Positions 30,775-42,276 of a stretch of DNA of 64,000 bases are shown in pieces. How positions within the stretch are numbered: the first letter of the stretch is position 1; each line of letters starts with the position of its first letter. This stretch comes from an uncultured Verrucomicrobiae bacterium. GTDB lineage: Bacteria; Verrucomicrobiota; Verrucomicrobiia; Chthoniobacterales; Terrimicrobiaceae. The DNA is taken from assembly GCA_963809185.1 (NCBI GenBank), contig CAWEIP010000010.1:165933-229932 (forward strand), given 5' to 3'. The notes under the pieces were generated by a model. The model saw only the letters and a program-made list of their open reading frames with translations. It was not told the DNA's origin and searched no databases. A program made the position numbers and the translations under genes.

Positions 30775-31390
30775 TTAACGACCGATCGCCGGGCTTAGCG
30801 TCGCGAGCTGCTGCTCGTTGCGCTTGAAATATTCCAAGGCTAGTGCCTTGCGTTCTTGAAGAATGGACTCGATATCCTCCCCCGCGGCCGGCGTTCTCCA
30901 CAGCGGCCGTCCGGGAGGAATCCATGCCCGGCCAGTGAAATTGTCGGGAACCGTGCCTCCAGGCGCCACCCGAGGATTATCCGAGACATAAAGACGCTGC
31001 CCGCTCCTGCCAATCGCGACCATTTCGACGTGGCCATAATAGCCTCCGGGAGTGCCGCGCGGATGCTTTCCAACCTTTCGGTCGCCAAGGTAGACGAGGA
31101 CGCTTCCCAGTGGCGCCCTGATGCGGCGAACTGCAGCGAACCGCCTTCCATCCTGCCTTACTGAGGATCATTTCCCAATCCTGTCCGTTGCCACCCGCAA
31201 GGCCGCTGCCAAGTCCGGCATTTCTGAGGATCGAGAGCATTCCCCGGCCGCACCAGCCGGAGCCAATATTGTCGGTCGCGCTTTCGATGGCCGCTGCCAA
31301 GAGAGTCGAACGCGTCATGAAAGGACCACGTTCCGCGGCTCCGGCTGCAGACACAAAAAGGACCATGGCTAAGGCACAGCGGACAAACAT
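30775..31390 (-). CDS. Secreted papain-fold (CHAP/NlpC-P60-like) Cys/His hydrolase, putative; one frame break near 31125
   Basis: Signal peptide MFVRCALAMVLFVSAAGAA and candidate nucleophile GSGWCGRGM. After the frame switch it reads RRIRAPLGSVLVYLGDRKVGKHPRGTPGGYYGHVEMVAIG (candidate catalytic His). Domain family inferred from the motif pattern only. Confidence 0.4.
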
Positions 31391-31465
31391 CGGCGGCTAC
31401 GATACCCGTTTCGACGTTTCCGCCAAGGGTTTTTTGCCAATTTCAGCGGAAAATCTGGAGCCCTG

Positions 31466-34400
31466 CTAAAGTTTCAAGGCCCTGCGTCTCAGCCAGTAAA
31501 AGATAACAGGGGTGACGATGAGGACATGCAGAAGGCTGCTGAACATGCCACCAATGACCGGCGTGGCCAACGGTTTCATAACCTCTGCGCCGGTGCGCGT
31601 GCTCCACATGATCGGGAGAAGGCTGGCAATAACGGTCCCAACCGTCATCACCTTCGGCCTCAAGCGCAGCATGGCGCCCTCGATCGACGGCAGATTTCAG
31701 ATCCTGGAGACCGAACGCATTGCCTTTCTCTTCCTGTTTCCTCTTCAGAGCCTCCTCGAGATACACAACCATCACCACACCCGTCTGAATTGCGGTGCCA
31801 AAGAGCGCGATGTAACCAATCCAGACGGCCACACTGAAGTTGTATCCGAGCAAGTATTGCAGGAGCGCGCCTCCGGTGAGCGCAAACGGCACCGCGAGGA
31901 TGACATGCGCCGCCTCCGTGACGGAGCGGAAGACCACACTCAGCAACATGAAGATGATCAGGAGAACAACCGGCACGATTAGCATGAGCGTCCGCTGGGC
32001 GCTCAGTTGGCTTTCGTACTGGCCGCTCCATTTCAACGTTACGCCCGGCAGGCAGCTCGATTGCCTCTGCGATGCGCTGCTGGATTTCCTTGACAAACCC
32101 GCCAAGGTCCCGGCCGCGAATGTTGCTCTGCACGAAAACGCGCAGCAAACCGTCTTCGCTTGAGATCTCGCTCGCACCGCTGGAGCGTCGGATCGAAGCA
32201 ACCTGACCGAGCGGCACACTGAACCCATCCTTGGTCGGAACAAGAATGCTTCCGATCCTTTCGATGTCGTCGCGTTCATCGCGCGCGAGCCGAAGCTGAA
32301 TCGGGTATCTCGCGCGCCCTTCGATCGTCGTGCTGACATTCAGTCCGCCCAGGCCAATTTCGACGACGTCCATCAAATCGCGAATGCTTAAACCATATCG
32401 AGCCAAGGCGAGGCGATCGGGCAGGATCTCCACATATGGCTTTCCGTAGGTGCGCGAGGCTGCGACGCCAGCGGCACCCGGGATCTTGCGCACGAGGTCC
32501 TCGATCTTGAAGGCGAGTTGTTGAATGGTTTCCAAGTCAGGCCCGAGGATCTTGATGCCGACCTGGGCTCGGATTCCGGTGCTGAGCATGAGAATGCGGT
32601 TTTCAATCGGCTGCAAAAATCCGGGGACGTAACCGGGTATGAGGCTTAGCTTTTCGGACAACTCGGCGATGATCTTCTCCCTGCGTCATGCCGTTGCGCC
32701 AGGATTCCTCGGGCTTGAGCATGATCGTTGTTTCGATCATCTCGACCGGCGCTGGGTCCGTGGGCGTTTCGGCTCGTCCCAGTTTGCCCGCGACCGACTC
32801 GACTTCGGGAACCGTCCTGATCACGCGATCCTGCCACGCCATGATGCGTTTGACCTCGGTCAGCGAGGTGCTCGGCAGGAGCACCGGCATGAAGAGCAGG
32901 CTGCCTTCGTTGAGCGACGGCATAAATTCGCTTCCTATGCGCGAAGCAAGGAGGATGGCGGATACGAGCAGCGCGGCCGCGGTCGCCAGGACAATGCGCC
33001 CATGCCGCAGGCCAAATTCCAACGCCGGACGATAGAGTCTCATCAGGAAGCGCATGACAAGGTTGTCACCCTCGGCATGAAAGGGTCCCCGCACCAACCA
33101 CGTACACAGCACCGGAACAAGAGTTATGCCCAGCAAGGTCGCGCCGATCATCGCAAATGTCTTGGTGAAGGCGAGAGGATGGAAAAGCTTCCCCTCCTGC
33201 CCCGTCAGCGCAAAGACCGGGAGAAACGCCAGAATGATGATGGCCATGGCGAAAAAGATCGGGCGTCCCACTTGATGCGCGGCCCGGCGAATCACCTCAA
33301 GGCGTGACACTGCAGCGCCAGCCTTCTCAGCCGCTTCGCAATGCCGAATCACGTTCTCAGTCATGACGATTCCTGCGTCCACCAACACGCCAATGGCAAT
33401 CGCAATGCCGGACAATGACATGATGTTCGACGTGATGCCGACCTCCTGCATGAGAATGAACGAAATGAGGATGGAGATCGGCAACGGAAGCGTGACGATC
33501 ACGATGCTTCGAAAGTGCCAGAGAAAGATGATGTGAGCCAGCGTGACCAGCAGGATCTCCTCGATGAGAGCGTGCCTGAGCGTGTCAATAGTTCGCTCGA
33601 TTAGTCTGCTGCGATCATAAAAAGGAACAACCGTGACGCCTTTGGGCAAGCTCGGTGCGATCTGCGCAATTTTCTCCTTCACGCGCCGAATCACCTGCAG
33701 GGCATTTTCGCCGGTGCGCATAACGACCACTCCGCCGACCACCTCGCGCCCATCAACGTCCAGCGCCCCCCTGCGGAAATCTCCTCCGATCGAAACCTCA
33801 GCGATATCCTCCAGGTAGATCGGAAGGCCGTTCTGGGAGCGGACAGCGATCCGCCGGAGATCGTCAAGGCTGTTGACCAGCCCAATGCCGCGGACAACGA
33901 ATTCCATTCCATTCTCTTCAATCACCTTGCCGCCGACATTGATATTGCTGGCCGCCAACGCATCCATGACTTCGCGCAAATTCACGCCGGCCTGCCGCAT
34001 TTTCCCGGAGTCCACCGCAACCTGGTATTGCCGGACAAAGCCTCCGATGCTGGCGACTTCGGCCACGCCTTCCACGGCAGCCAACTGGTAGCGGATGAAG
34101 AAGTCCTGAAGCGAGCGCAGCGTTCCCAGATCAAAGCCGCCCGAAGGGGTTTCTTCTCCGCTCCCCGAACTGAGCGAAGGATCAACCTTGAGGTAATACT
34201 GGAAGACCCAACCCAACCCGGTGGCATCCGGCCCCAATTGCGGCGTGACGCCTTCGGGAAGCAAGGTCTGCAAAAAGCTCAGTCGCTCGAGAACCCTGGT
34301 TCGGGCAAAGTAATTGTCGACGTTGTCCTCGAAGACCACCGTGAGGAGAGAGAAACCCAAACATCGAAGAGGCGCGAACCTCCTTGACTCCCGCCAGACC

Positions 34401-34691
34401 CTGAAGGTTCGTTGAGAGGGGATAGGTGACCTGATCCTCCACCTCTTGTGGGCTGCGTCCGGACCAGTCCGCAAAGACGATCACTTGATTTTCACTGAGA
34501 TCGGGAATGGCATCGACGGGCGTATGACGCACCGCCCAGATGCCCCAAGCAATGATCAGCAGAGTCCCGCAAGCGACGAGGAAACGGTTCCTTAGAGACC
34601 AATCGATCAACCAGGAAATAATGCTGCCCGGTTGAACCATCGCGCCCTCATCGGGCCGCACCGCGGGAAATCGCGTCTTCGCTTCCGGCAC
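31466..34691 (-). CDS. cusA: CusA/CzcA-family heavy-metal efflux RND pump, split over 5 ORFs by about 4 frame breaks (near 34355, 32660, 32040 and 31680)
   Basis: Pieces, in order:
- [16 protein letters not shown]...[31 protein letters not shown]
- [25 protein letters not shown]...
- [22 protein letters not shown]
- [36 protein letters not shown]
- [10 protein letters not shown]...[40 protein letters not shown]
- [22 protein letters not shown]...[10 protein letters not shown]. Confidence 0.85.
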
Positions 34692-36402
34692 TCAAGGCCT
34701 TACCTCCGCTCCACAACTCAGCATCTCCGCACCGAAGTACGGATTGCGAATATCTGAGGCGGATTGGACCCATTTGGCCTTCGAAGGCGCGCCGGGAAAG
34801 CTATCCCCGGTCATCGGGCACTCGAACACAGTGATGTCCGGCGCCTGTCCACCGCGTTTCAGGGTAAGCGCCAAGTCCGCGCCCGCTGTGCTCCACGGAA
34901 GAAAGGATTGGCGCACCGCCTTCAGATCGCTTCCTGCGGGGTTCTTCGGGAATTTGCTTGAGTCGTGCAAGCAGTTGATCGATCTGCGGCTGACCTGTTT
35001 CGCCGATTGCGGCTGCCAATTCCCGCAACCTCTGACCTGCCTTGATCGCGGCGACTGCGTCATCCGCAGCAAGGGCTTCGGAAACCTGGGCGAGCTGCCT
35101 CAAGAACTCGTCGCCGACTGGTTTGTCCAGGGCGCTCACGGTCTGCGTTGCAGCGACGGAGCCGCGCAACTGCGCCTCCGCGTCAATCATGAGATTGCCT
35201 TGCGCCACGACGCGCTCGCCCTCCTTCAATCCCTCGAGGATTTCAATCCCCTCGTCGCCGACTCTCCCGGTCCTCACGGCACGCTGCTCATACTCGCCCG
35301 TGGATTTTTCCACATAGACGACGGACCGCCTGCCATCGCGCAACACAGCGGATCTGGGAATGACAAGGCCCTCACCAAGCTGAGCAGTGATCTCCGCCTC
35401 TGCGTAGGCGCGATGCGGCAGAACGCGCCTGAGACCGTGACCCTCGCCCTCGGCAGGAGGATTGTCGACTTCGATGCGCACCTTCGTGCTGCGCGTTTGC
35501 GGGTCGAAGTTCGGATCGACAAAGGTGACAATTCCCTCGAACTCCCGGCCCGGCACCGTGGGAGTTCGCAGGATGGCTTTTTGTCCGATGCGTATATCGG
35601 GCAGGTCCCGCTCGTAGACCTCGGCGTGGAACCAAAGCCGCGCAAGATTGCCCATTTCAAAGAGAGGTTCGCCGGTCTTGATGTACTGGCCTTTGAAAGC
35701 CTTCTTCGTCAGCACGGTTCCGCTGATCGGCGCAAGCAGGTCGATGGTAAAAACGTTGTCGGGCTGTTTGGCCAGACCTGCCACTTGTTCCAGGCTCAGC
35801 CCATACTGCACCAGACGCTGGGCTGAATTCCTCGCCACCGCAGGATTTCCGCTTCGCATGGCGTCTTGGTATTCGCGGACCACATAAAGCAACTCCGGGC
35901 TGTAGATTGCGGCGAGAGGCTGGCCTTTTTCCACATACTGGCCGACATGCTCGACGTAGATGTTATCGATTCGTCCGTCATAAAATGCCGCGATGATGCG
36001 ATGGATGTTCTCGTCGTCCTCGAGAATGCCGCTGAAGCGTAGTGACTTTGTCAATTCGAGATGACGAACCGGCACGGTGGTCACCGCGAGCACGTCCAAC
36101 GAACGAGGGTTCAGGGCGATGATCCCCTCCTCGATCTTCATCCCTGACTCTCCCTCGTAAACAGGAACCAAAGCCATCCCGCAAATCGTGCAATTGCCCG
36201 GCTTATCCGACGTGATCCATGGATGCATCGGACTTTGATACATTTTGACTTTGCGGCCTGGATCCGGCGTCTTTGAACAGGAAATGAGAAAGGCAATGAT
36301 CAGTGCCACGCGAGCAACCGCCAAGCCGGCTCTCCTGGTCCCCTGAAACACGGCTTTCCCGAACGGAAAATCACCCCTGACCCTCGCGAGCAATCCCGTC
36401 AT
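34692..36402 (-). CDS. cusB: Efflux RND periplasmic adaptor (CusB-like) with an N-terminal heavy-metal-binding domain and a C-terminal DUF3347-like domain; one frame break at the G4 run 34938-34941
   Basis: [26 protein letters not shown] (HMBD). The barrel-sandwich/beta-barrel body reads ...[18 protein letters not shown]...VRIEVDNP.... After correction the C-terminus reads ...[19 protein letters not shown]...FECPM...[12 protein letters not shown]. It has an ATGA overlap with copA. Confidence 0.8.
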
Positions 36403-38690
36403 AGCGGCGTCCTTTTCAATCTGAGTGCGTTGCCGATGACCGACACGCTGCTCATGGCCATAGCTGCACTCGCAAAGATAGGGCTGAGCAGCAGGCCAAA
36501 GAACGGATAAAGAACGCCGGCCGCGATCGGAACACCCAGAGCGTTATACAAAAACGCGAAGAGCAAATTTTGCCGAATGTTTCGCATGGTCGCGCGACTT
36601 AGCGCGATCGCCTGGACGATCCCTCGCAGGTCGCCTTTGACGAGCGTCACGCCCGCGCTGTGCATCGCCACATCGGTTCCTGTCCCCATGGCGATTCCGA
36701 CATCGGCCGCCGCGAGGGCGGGAGCATCATTGATTCCATCGCCGGCCATGGCCACAATTTCACCGCGCCCTTTGAATTCCAGCACCTTAGCCTGCTTGTC
36801 AGCGGGAGTGATCTCCGCAATGGCGTCGTCGATGCCAAGCTTCCTGGCCACCTGTCGGGCGGTTTCCTTGTTGTCGCCCGTAAGCATGATGATCTTCAGG
36901 CCTGCGCGATGCAGATTGGTGATGGCTTCCGGAGTGCTAGACTTGATAGGATCAGAGACGGCGAGCAAGCCAGCTGGCTTTTGCTTGACTGCGAGCCAGA
37001 TCACCGTCTGGCCTTCCGTTTGAAGTTCGTTGGCCGCCTGATCGAGCTGGTCGAGCCCGCGGACCCCCGCCTCCTCGAGTAACGCGCGCTTTCCCACAAG
37101 TATCCCCTTGCCGGCCACGGCTCCCCGCACGCCTCCGCCTGGCTGGGATTCAAAATGCTCGACTTCCGCCAACGCCTTGTCGCCTGCGGCCCGCATCACA
37201 GCGCTGGCCAGCGGGTGCTCGCTGTGTTGCTCTAGCGCGGCCGCCAGTGAAAGAACTTCGCTCTCCTTGCCGAGTTCAACCGACACAACCTTGATGACGC
37301 TGGGCCTTCCTTCCGTCAAAGTACCCGTCTTGTCGACAACCAATACCCCCGCTTTGCCAAGGATTTCGAGCGCCTCGGCGTCCTTGAAGAGCACGCCCAT
37401 TCGCGCGCCGCGCCCGACCGCCACCATAATGGACATCGGCGTGGCCAGCCCGAGTGCACACGGGCACGCGATGATGAGCACGGCCACCGCATTGACAAGT
37501 GCATAAGCCAGAGACGGTTCCGGACCAACGAAGAGCCAGACGAAAAACGTGATCACGGCAACCAGCACGACGGCCGGGACGAACCAGCCAGATACCACAT
37601 CGGCCAGGCGCTGGATCGGAGCCCTGCTGCGCTGAGCCTGGGAAACCATCTGGACAATTTGCGCGAGCATTGTCTCCGACCCGACCTTCTCCGCCCGCAT
37701 CAATAGACTTCCATTGCCATTCAGCGTCCCGCCGACCACCTGGCCGCCCTTTGTTTTCTCAACCGGTACCGGCTCGCCAGTAAGCATTGACTCGTCAACG
37801 AAAGAGCGACCCTCGAGCACCGTGCCATCTACCGGAATCTTCTCTCCCGGCTTTACCCGGAGCACATCACCCGGCCGAACCAACTCCAAGTCAACATCCT
37901 GCTCCCTACCGTCATCGACGCGATGAGCAATCTTGGGCGCAAGGCCCAGCAGCGCACGAATCGCTTCTCCCGTCCCGGCGCGCGCGCGCAGTTCCAGCAC
38001 CTGCCCGAGCAGTACGAGGACGATAATGAAAGAGGCCGCCTCGAAATAGACAGGAACCTCTCCATGATGAGTCAGGCTGCCCGGCAGCAATCCGGGAAAG
38101 AACAGCGCAAAGACGCTAAATGCATACGCGGCGCCTGTGCCAAGCGCGATGAGGGTGAACATGTTGAGATTTCGCGCCGCGATCGAACGCGCTCCCCGTT
38201 CGAAAAAGGGCCAGCCGCACCAAAGGACAACCGGAGTCGCGAGCACAAATTGAATCCATGCGGAAAGTTTCGGCGGGATCGCATCCAGAATGGGAAAGTG
38301 CGCTCCCATCGCCAGGATCAGAACGGGCAGCCCAAGCGCCAACCCAATCTTGAAACGCGCAAGCATATCACGAAGTTCCGCGTTTTCCTCGGCCGGTGCC
38401 CCCTGGATCGGCTCAAGTGTCATTCCGCAAATCGGACAAACGCCCGGGCGATCCTGCCGCACCTCTGGATGCATCGGGCAGGTGTAAATAGCTCCTGAGC
38501 GCCTTACGAAAGCCGGATTGCGCTCGAGCGCCATCCCACATTTTGGACACGCACCGGGCTGGTCAGACTCCACGCCAGGACACATCGGGCAATACCACTC
38601 CTTCATGGGATTGGCCTTCGCCACATGATCGTGATGCCCCGATCCTTCATCAGAGCACGACTTCGAGTTGCTCATGCTCTCGATCGTCAT
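36399..38690 (-). CDS. copA: Copper-translocating P1B-type ATPase
   Basis: 763-aa intact ORF. It has two N-terminal HMBD copies ([23 protein letters not shown]; [23 protein letters not shown]), the TM CPC motif ([13 protein letters not shown]), DKTGTLT, and [10 protein letters not shown]. Confidence 0.92.
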   Translation of the reverse strand: MTIESMSNSKSCSDEGSGHHDHVAKANPMKEWYCPMCPGVESDQPGACPKCGMALERNPAFVRRSGAIYTCPMHPEVRQDRPGVCPICGMTLEPIQGAPAEENAELRDMLARFKIGLALGLPVLILAMGAHFPILDAIPPKLSAWIQFVLATPVVLWCGWPFFERGARSIAARNLNMFTLIALGTGAAYAFSVFALFFPGLLPGSLTHHGEVPVYFEAASFIIVLVLLGQVLELRARAGTGEAIRALLGLAPKIAHRVDDGREQDVDLELVRPGDVLRVKPGEKIPVDGTVLEGRSFVDESMLTGEPVPVEKTKGGQVVGGTLNGNGSLLMRAEKVGSETMLAQIVQMVSQAQRSRAPIQRLADVVSGWFVPAVVLVAVITFFVWLFVGPEPSLAYALVNAVAVLIIACPCALGLATPMSIMVAVGRGARMGVLFKDAEALEILGKAGVLVVDKTGTLTEGRPSVIKVVSVELGKESEVLSLAAALEQHSEHPLASAVMRAAGDKALAEVEHFESQPGGGVRGAVAGKGILVGKRALLEEAGVRGLDQLDQAANELQTEGQTVIWLAVKQKPAGLLAVSDPIKSSTPEAITNLHRAGLKIIMLTGDNKETARQVARKLGIDDAIAEITPADKQAKVLEFKGRGEIVAMAGDGINDAPALAAADVGIAMGTGTDVAMHSAGVTLVKGDLRGIVQAIALSRATMRNIRQNLLFAFLYNALGVPIAAGVLYPFFGLLLSPIFASAAMAMSSVSVIGNALRLKRTPL

Positions 38691-38972
38691 CCTAGAAAGC
38701 CATTCGTGTCATCTCCGTTTTGCCACATGTTAGAAGATTACGTTCAGGCGGCGGCCGGCTCTAGATGACCGCGGCAGCGATGCCAGCGGTGCGACCTCCA
38801 AATGCAAGCTAGTCCCAAATTACTGAGGCCTCCATGCATGTCCAAATCCCGAGAAAGTCCGAAACCCTTGAAAATTCCCTGGCGATCACTTGGCCAGCTG
38901 AGTATCTGCAATACAACCAATCGCTTATCGCAATCTCAGGAACAGATCCAGTCGCGAGATCCCGGGGCACGC

Positions 38973-39953
38973 TCAGGTGGACGCGCCCACGGCGGGAACC
39001 TCATTGATCTGTGAATCGAGAAATTTCCTGCGGAGATGCATCCACCGCCCGACCTGCGACCCCATCCAAACAAGAACAAACAGGACCGCCGCAGCCACAA
39101 CCATCGCGCCGGCCGCGGAGCAATTCAGCCAGATAGAGAGATGCAGTCCGAGTATGGCGCTTAGTGCGGCATGCAAGACCGTGAGTCCTAAACGCACCGG
39201 CAACCGGTCGGAAAGTTGCGCGGCGAACATGGGCGGCACGATGAGCATGGCGACTGCAAGGATCGCGCCAACCGACTCAAATGCCGACACGACGACCAGC
39301 GCCAAGGCGCCCATCAGTCCATAGTGCCAAATCCCGGTGCGCATGCCGAGAGACTTGGCCAGGCCGGGATCAAAGGAAGCGACCAGCAATTCCTTGTAGA
39401 ACACCACAATGGCAAGAATCACCCCCGCCAGGACCAGGACCATGCGCAATGCCGACGGAGGACCGAGGGAGTAGCCATTCCAAACAGCGGGAGGTTCAAG
39501 GGGCACAAAAGCGATCTCCCCATACAGCACACAATCCGCATCAATGTGAAAGCTGCCGGTGCTTTCCAGCATGCTCATCAACACCACGCCGAGAGCAAAC
39601 AACGTCGTGAAAGCGATGCAAATCGCGGCATCGGGCTTTACGCGCGACTGCCGGTGGATGAACTCGATAATGAGAACTGTCAACATGCCTGCAGCAACTG
39701 CCCCCCCAAATGCCACCCAGGTGGTGGTAGTCTTAAAGATCATAAACGCCACGACGAGCCCCGGGAGGATGCTGTGGCTGATGGCGTCCCCGACCAGGGC
39801 CATCCGGCGCAGAAGCAAATAATTCCCGACGAGACCGCATGCGGCGGTCACGTAAAAGCCCATGAGGACGATCCAGATTGTAATCGAAAAATCAGCCGTC
39901 CATGGCTGCACAATCACGCGCTGCAAGTCGAACGTTGGAACGAGATTTCCCAT
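38973..39953 (-). CDS. Metal (Mn/Zn/Fe) ABC transporter permease, second permease (YtgD/TroD/ZnuB-like)
   Basis: 326 aa and polytopic. Shows the ABC-3 family pattern (LVGDAISHSILPGLVVAF ... MLIVPP). Confidence 0.85.
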   Translation of the reverse strand: MGNLVPTFDLQRVIVQPWTADFSITIWIVLMGFYVTAACGLVGNYLLLRRMALVGDAISHSILPGLVVAFMIFKTTTTWVAFGGAVAAGMLTVLIIEFIHRQSRVKPDAAICIAFTTLFALGVVLMSMLESTGSFHIDADCVLYGEIAFVPLEPPAVWNGYSLGPPSALRMVLVLAGVILAIVVFYKELLVASFDPGLAKSLGMRTGIWHYGLMGALALVVVSAFESVGAILAVAMLIVPPMFAAQLSDRLPVRLGLTVLHAALSAILGLHLSIWLNCSAAGAMVVAAAVLFVLVWMGSQVGRWMHLRRKFLDSQINEVPAVGAST

Positions 39954-39958
39954 GGTTT

Positions 39959-41437
39959 CTAACGGTTCGTCGCGCTTCCAAAGCCGGTCGCACGGGGTGG
40001 AACGGTATGCCGTCCGGTTGCAAATTGGATGTCTTCCAGGCCGGGGATCAGCCGGCCATGAGGATCGCGCCTGGCGTAATTGAGCCGCTTTTCAAGCTTG
40101 CGAACTGTCTCTTCCCCCAAAACGTGCTCAATTTTCTCGGCGTCTTCATGCACGTGATCAGCTGCGATGTGTGCGGCGTTAGTCAGATAGAGCTCCCACA
40201 AACGGTGATTCCGGACGATCTCGCAGGCACGCTGCCAACCCTCGGAAGTGAGGATTGCCGAGCCGCCATCGCTTGACAAAGTGACGTAATGATGGCGCCG
40301 GAGCGTGTTGAGCTCAGCCTGGGCCTCTTCGAGCGTCTCGCGACGTCGCTCAGCCAACTCACGCACACTCACCTGGTCGGTCTCAAACTCTTCGTCCTCC
40401 AGAATGTGATAAATCGCCTTGAGGGTGTTCTCGCGGGAAATCCGCGCCGACCGCGAACGCTGCCGCCACCAGCGCAAAACAATTCCGTGGCGCGGACCAA
40501 AGAACAGGCCAGCGGCGAAAACTGCCGCCGCCGCCAGCACCATGAAAGGTCCCGTCGGAAAATTCCGTCCCACAAAGGAGAAAAACGCGCCCGCGCCGCC
40601 CGAAACCATTCCAAAGATCGCCGAGAGAATCAGCATCATCGAAAGGCGATCCGTGAGCAGAAACGCAGCTGCCGCCGGGATGACCAGCATCGCTGAGACC
40701 AACACCACCCCGACAGCTTGCAGCGACGACACGATGGCAAACGCAAGCAGGAGCATCAAGCTGTAGTGAAAAAACTGCACCGGCATCCCCAACGAACGAG
40801 CAAAGCCCGGGTCAAAACTCGTGATCGCATATTCCTTGTAGAAAACGATCACCGCGCTAAGCGCCAGAGCGGTCACGATTCCTAGCAGGATGACATCACC
40901 TTTTCCCAAGGCAGCCGCCTGGCCGAACATAAACTTGTCCAGCCCACTTTTGTTTCCACCCGGCAGGTTCTGGATCATCGTAAAAAGGCAGATCCCGACG
41001 CCAAAAAAAGAGGCCAGCACGAAGCCTAGGGCGGCGTCCTCCTTGTGGCGGGTGCTCGCGCGCAGGAGTTGCACGGTTCCGGCCCCCAGCAATCCCACCA
41101 GCGTCGCGCCGATAAAGATTGCCACCGGGTCTTTTGACATGTTCCAAAGAAACCCGAGGGCGACGCCAGGCAAGACCGCATGGGAGAGCGCGTCTCCCAG
41201 GAGCGAAAGCTTGCGCACGACGAGGAAGGTGCCCATCAGACCACAAGAGATGCCCAGCAGCATCGAGCCCATGAGGGCGTTTCGGAGCGATGGGTCTCGA
41301 AAAGTAAAGAAGCGGACCGTGCGGTCCAGCAGCGTCGAATCAGACAACTCGTTGATGCGGGCTGCAACGGCCACCTCGGGAGCGAAGACGGCGAGACCCA
41401 CAACAATTAGTAGCAGCACCATGCCGGAAAACTTCAT
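39959..41437 (-). CDS. Metal ABC transporter permease fused to a C-terminal DtxR/MntR-type repressor domain (YtgC-YtgR-like)
   Basis: 492 aa. Residues 1 to about 310 form an ABC-3 permease (LLGDALSHAVLPGVALGF ... MLVIPAAAAFLL). The C-terminal roughly 170 aa form a wHTH (ENTLKAIYHILEDEE..VSVRELAERRRETLEEAQAELNTLRRHHYV) plus a DtxR dimerisation/metal-binding segment (ILTSEGWQRACEIVRNHRLWELYL...HVHEDAEKIEHVL...DPHGRLIP). There is no stop or alternative-frame signal at the junction. Confidence 0.8.
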   Translation of the reverse strand: MKFSGMVLLLIVVGLAVFAPEVAVAARINELSDSTLLDRTVRFFTFRDPSLRNALMGSMLLGISCGLMGTFLVVRKLSLLGDALSHAVLPGVALGFLWNMSKDPVAIFIGATLVGLLGAGTVQLLRASTRHKEDAALGFVLASFFGVGICLFTMIQNLPGGNKSGLDKFMFGQAAALGKGDVILLGIVTALALSAVIVFYKEYAITSFDPGFARSLGMPVQFFHYSLMLLLAFAIVSSLQAVGVVLVSAMLVIPAAAAFLLTDRLSMMLILSAIFGMVSGGAGAFFSFVGRNFPTGPFMVLAAAAVFAAGLFFGPRHGIVLRWWRQRSRSARISRENTLKAIYHILEDEEFETDQVSVRELAERRRETLEEAQAELNTLRRHHYVTLSSDGGSAILTSEGWQRACEIVRNHRLWELYLTNAAHIAADHVHEDAEKIEHVLGEETVRKLEKRLNYARRDPHGRLIPGLEDIQFATGRHTVPPRATGFGSATNR

Positions 41438-42276
41438 GACTCCCCGCGCAAAGTTTGCACCACGTCCGAAAGAATGGTCAGCCTTCCTCCGTAGGTGGTT
41501 TGCAATAATTCAGGCGTGAAGACTTCACTCGTCGGCCCGAAGGCCACCAAACGCATGTTCAGCAGAATGAGCATGTCGAAATACTCGCGCGCACTCGACA
41601 AGTCATGATGCACGACCAGCAATGTCTTTCCCCTCGATTTGAGTTCACGGAGGAGTGTGATGATCGCCGCTTCCGTCGCGGCGTCCACCCCCACGAAAGG
41701 CTCATCCATCAGATAGAGATCGCTCTCCTGTGCGAGGGCCCTGGCGAGAAAGACTCGCTGCTGCTGTCCCCCGGAGAGATTGCCAATCTGGCGGTTCGCA
41801 AAGGGAAGCATCTTCACTTTCTCGAGACATTCACGAGCCACCTCACGATCCTGCTTCGCCGGCCGCTGTGCGAGCCGCAACGTGCCATAACGTCCCATCA
41901 AGACAACGTCCATCACGCTGACCGGAAAATCCCAATCTACGGATTCACGTTGGGGAACGTAGCCGACGCGGTGGCAACTCTCGCGAAACGGCTTCCCGAA
42001 TACCTTCACCCAGCCCGCTGAGATCGGGAGCAAACCCATGATCGCCTTGATCAACGTGGATTTTCCCGCGCCGTTCGGCCCGATGATTCCAACGAGGCTG
42101 CCTTTCGGGACGGTCAGGTCAATGCCATACAACACCGGTCTCTTGTGGTAAGCCACCGTAAGGTCATGGACCTCCAGCGGCGGCGGGGAAAAGTCGCCCT
42201 GATCGTTGATGATGTTCCGCTCCGCGCCGCCGGGTTCCCGCCAGCGCGTTTCGACGCTGTCCTTTTCTCGGTTCAC
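41434..42276 (-). CDS. Metal ABC transporter ATP-binding protein (YtgB/TroB/ZnuC-like)
   Basis: Walker A GPNGAGKSTL, signature LSGGQQQR, Walker B LYLMDEP. The proposed GTG start at 42276 overlaps the reconstructed SBP stop (GTGA). In the raw sequence this gene is read through from the SBP as one 598-aa ORF. Confidence 0.85.
   Translation of the reverse strand: MNREKDSVETRWREPGGAERNIINDQGDFSPPPLEVHDLTVAYHKRPVLYGIDLTVPKGSLVGIIGPNGAGKSTLIKAIMGLLPISAGWVKVFGKPFRESCHRVGYVPQRESVDWDFPVSVMDVVLMGRYGTLRLAQRPAKQDREVARECLEKVKMLPFANRQIGNLSGGQQQRVFLARALAQESDLYLMDEPFVGVDAATEAAIITLLRELKSRGKTLLVVHHDLSSAREYFDMLILLNMRLVAFGPTSEVFTPELLQTTYGGRLTILSDVVQTLRGES

Noticed and set aside
38691-38972. A CueR/CsoR-type operator upstream of copA
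   Set aside because: Only short, low-complexity dyads are present (ctggc-N9-gccag; catgcatg). No match to the CueR ACCTTCC...GGAAGGT or the GC-rich CsoR pseudo-palindrome was seen.
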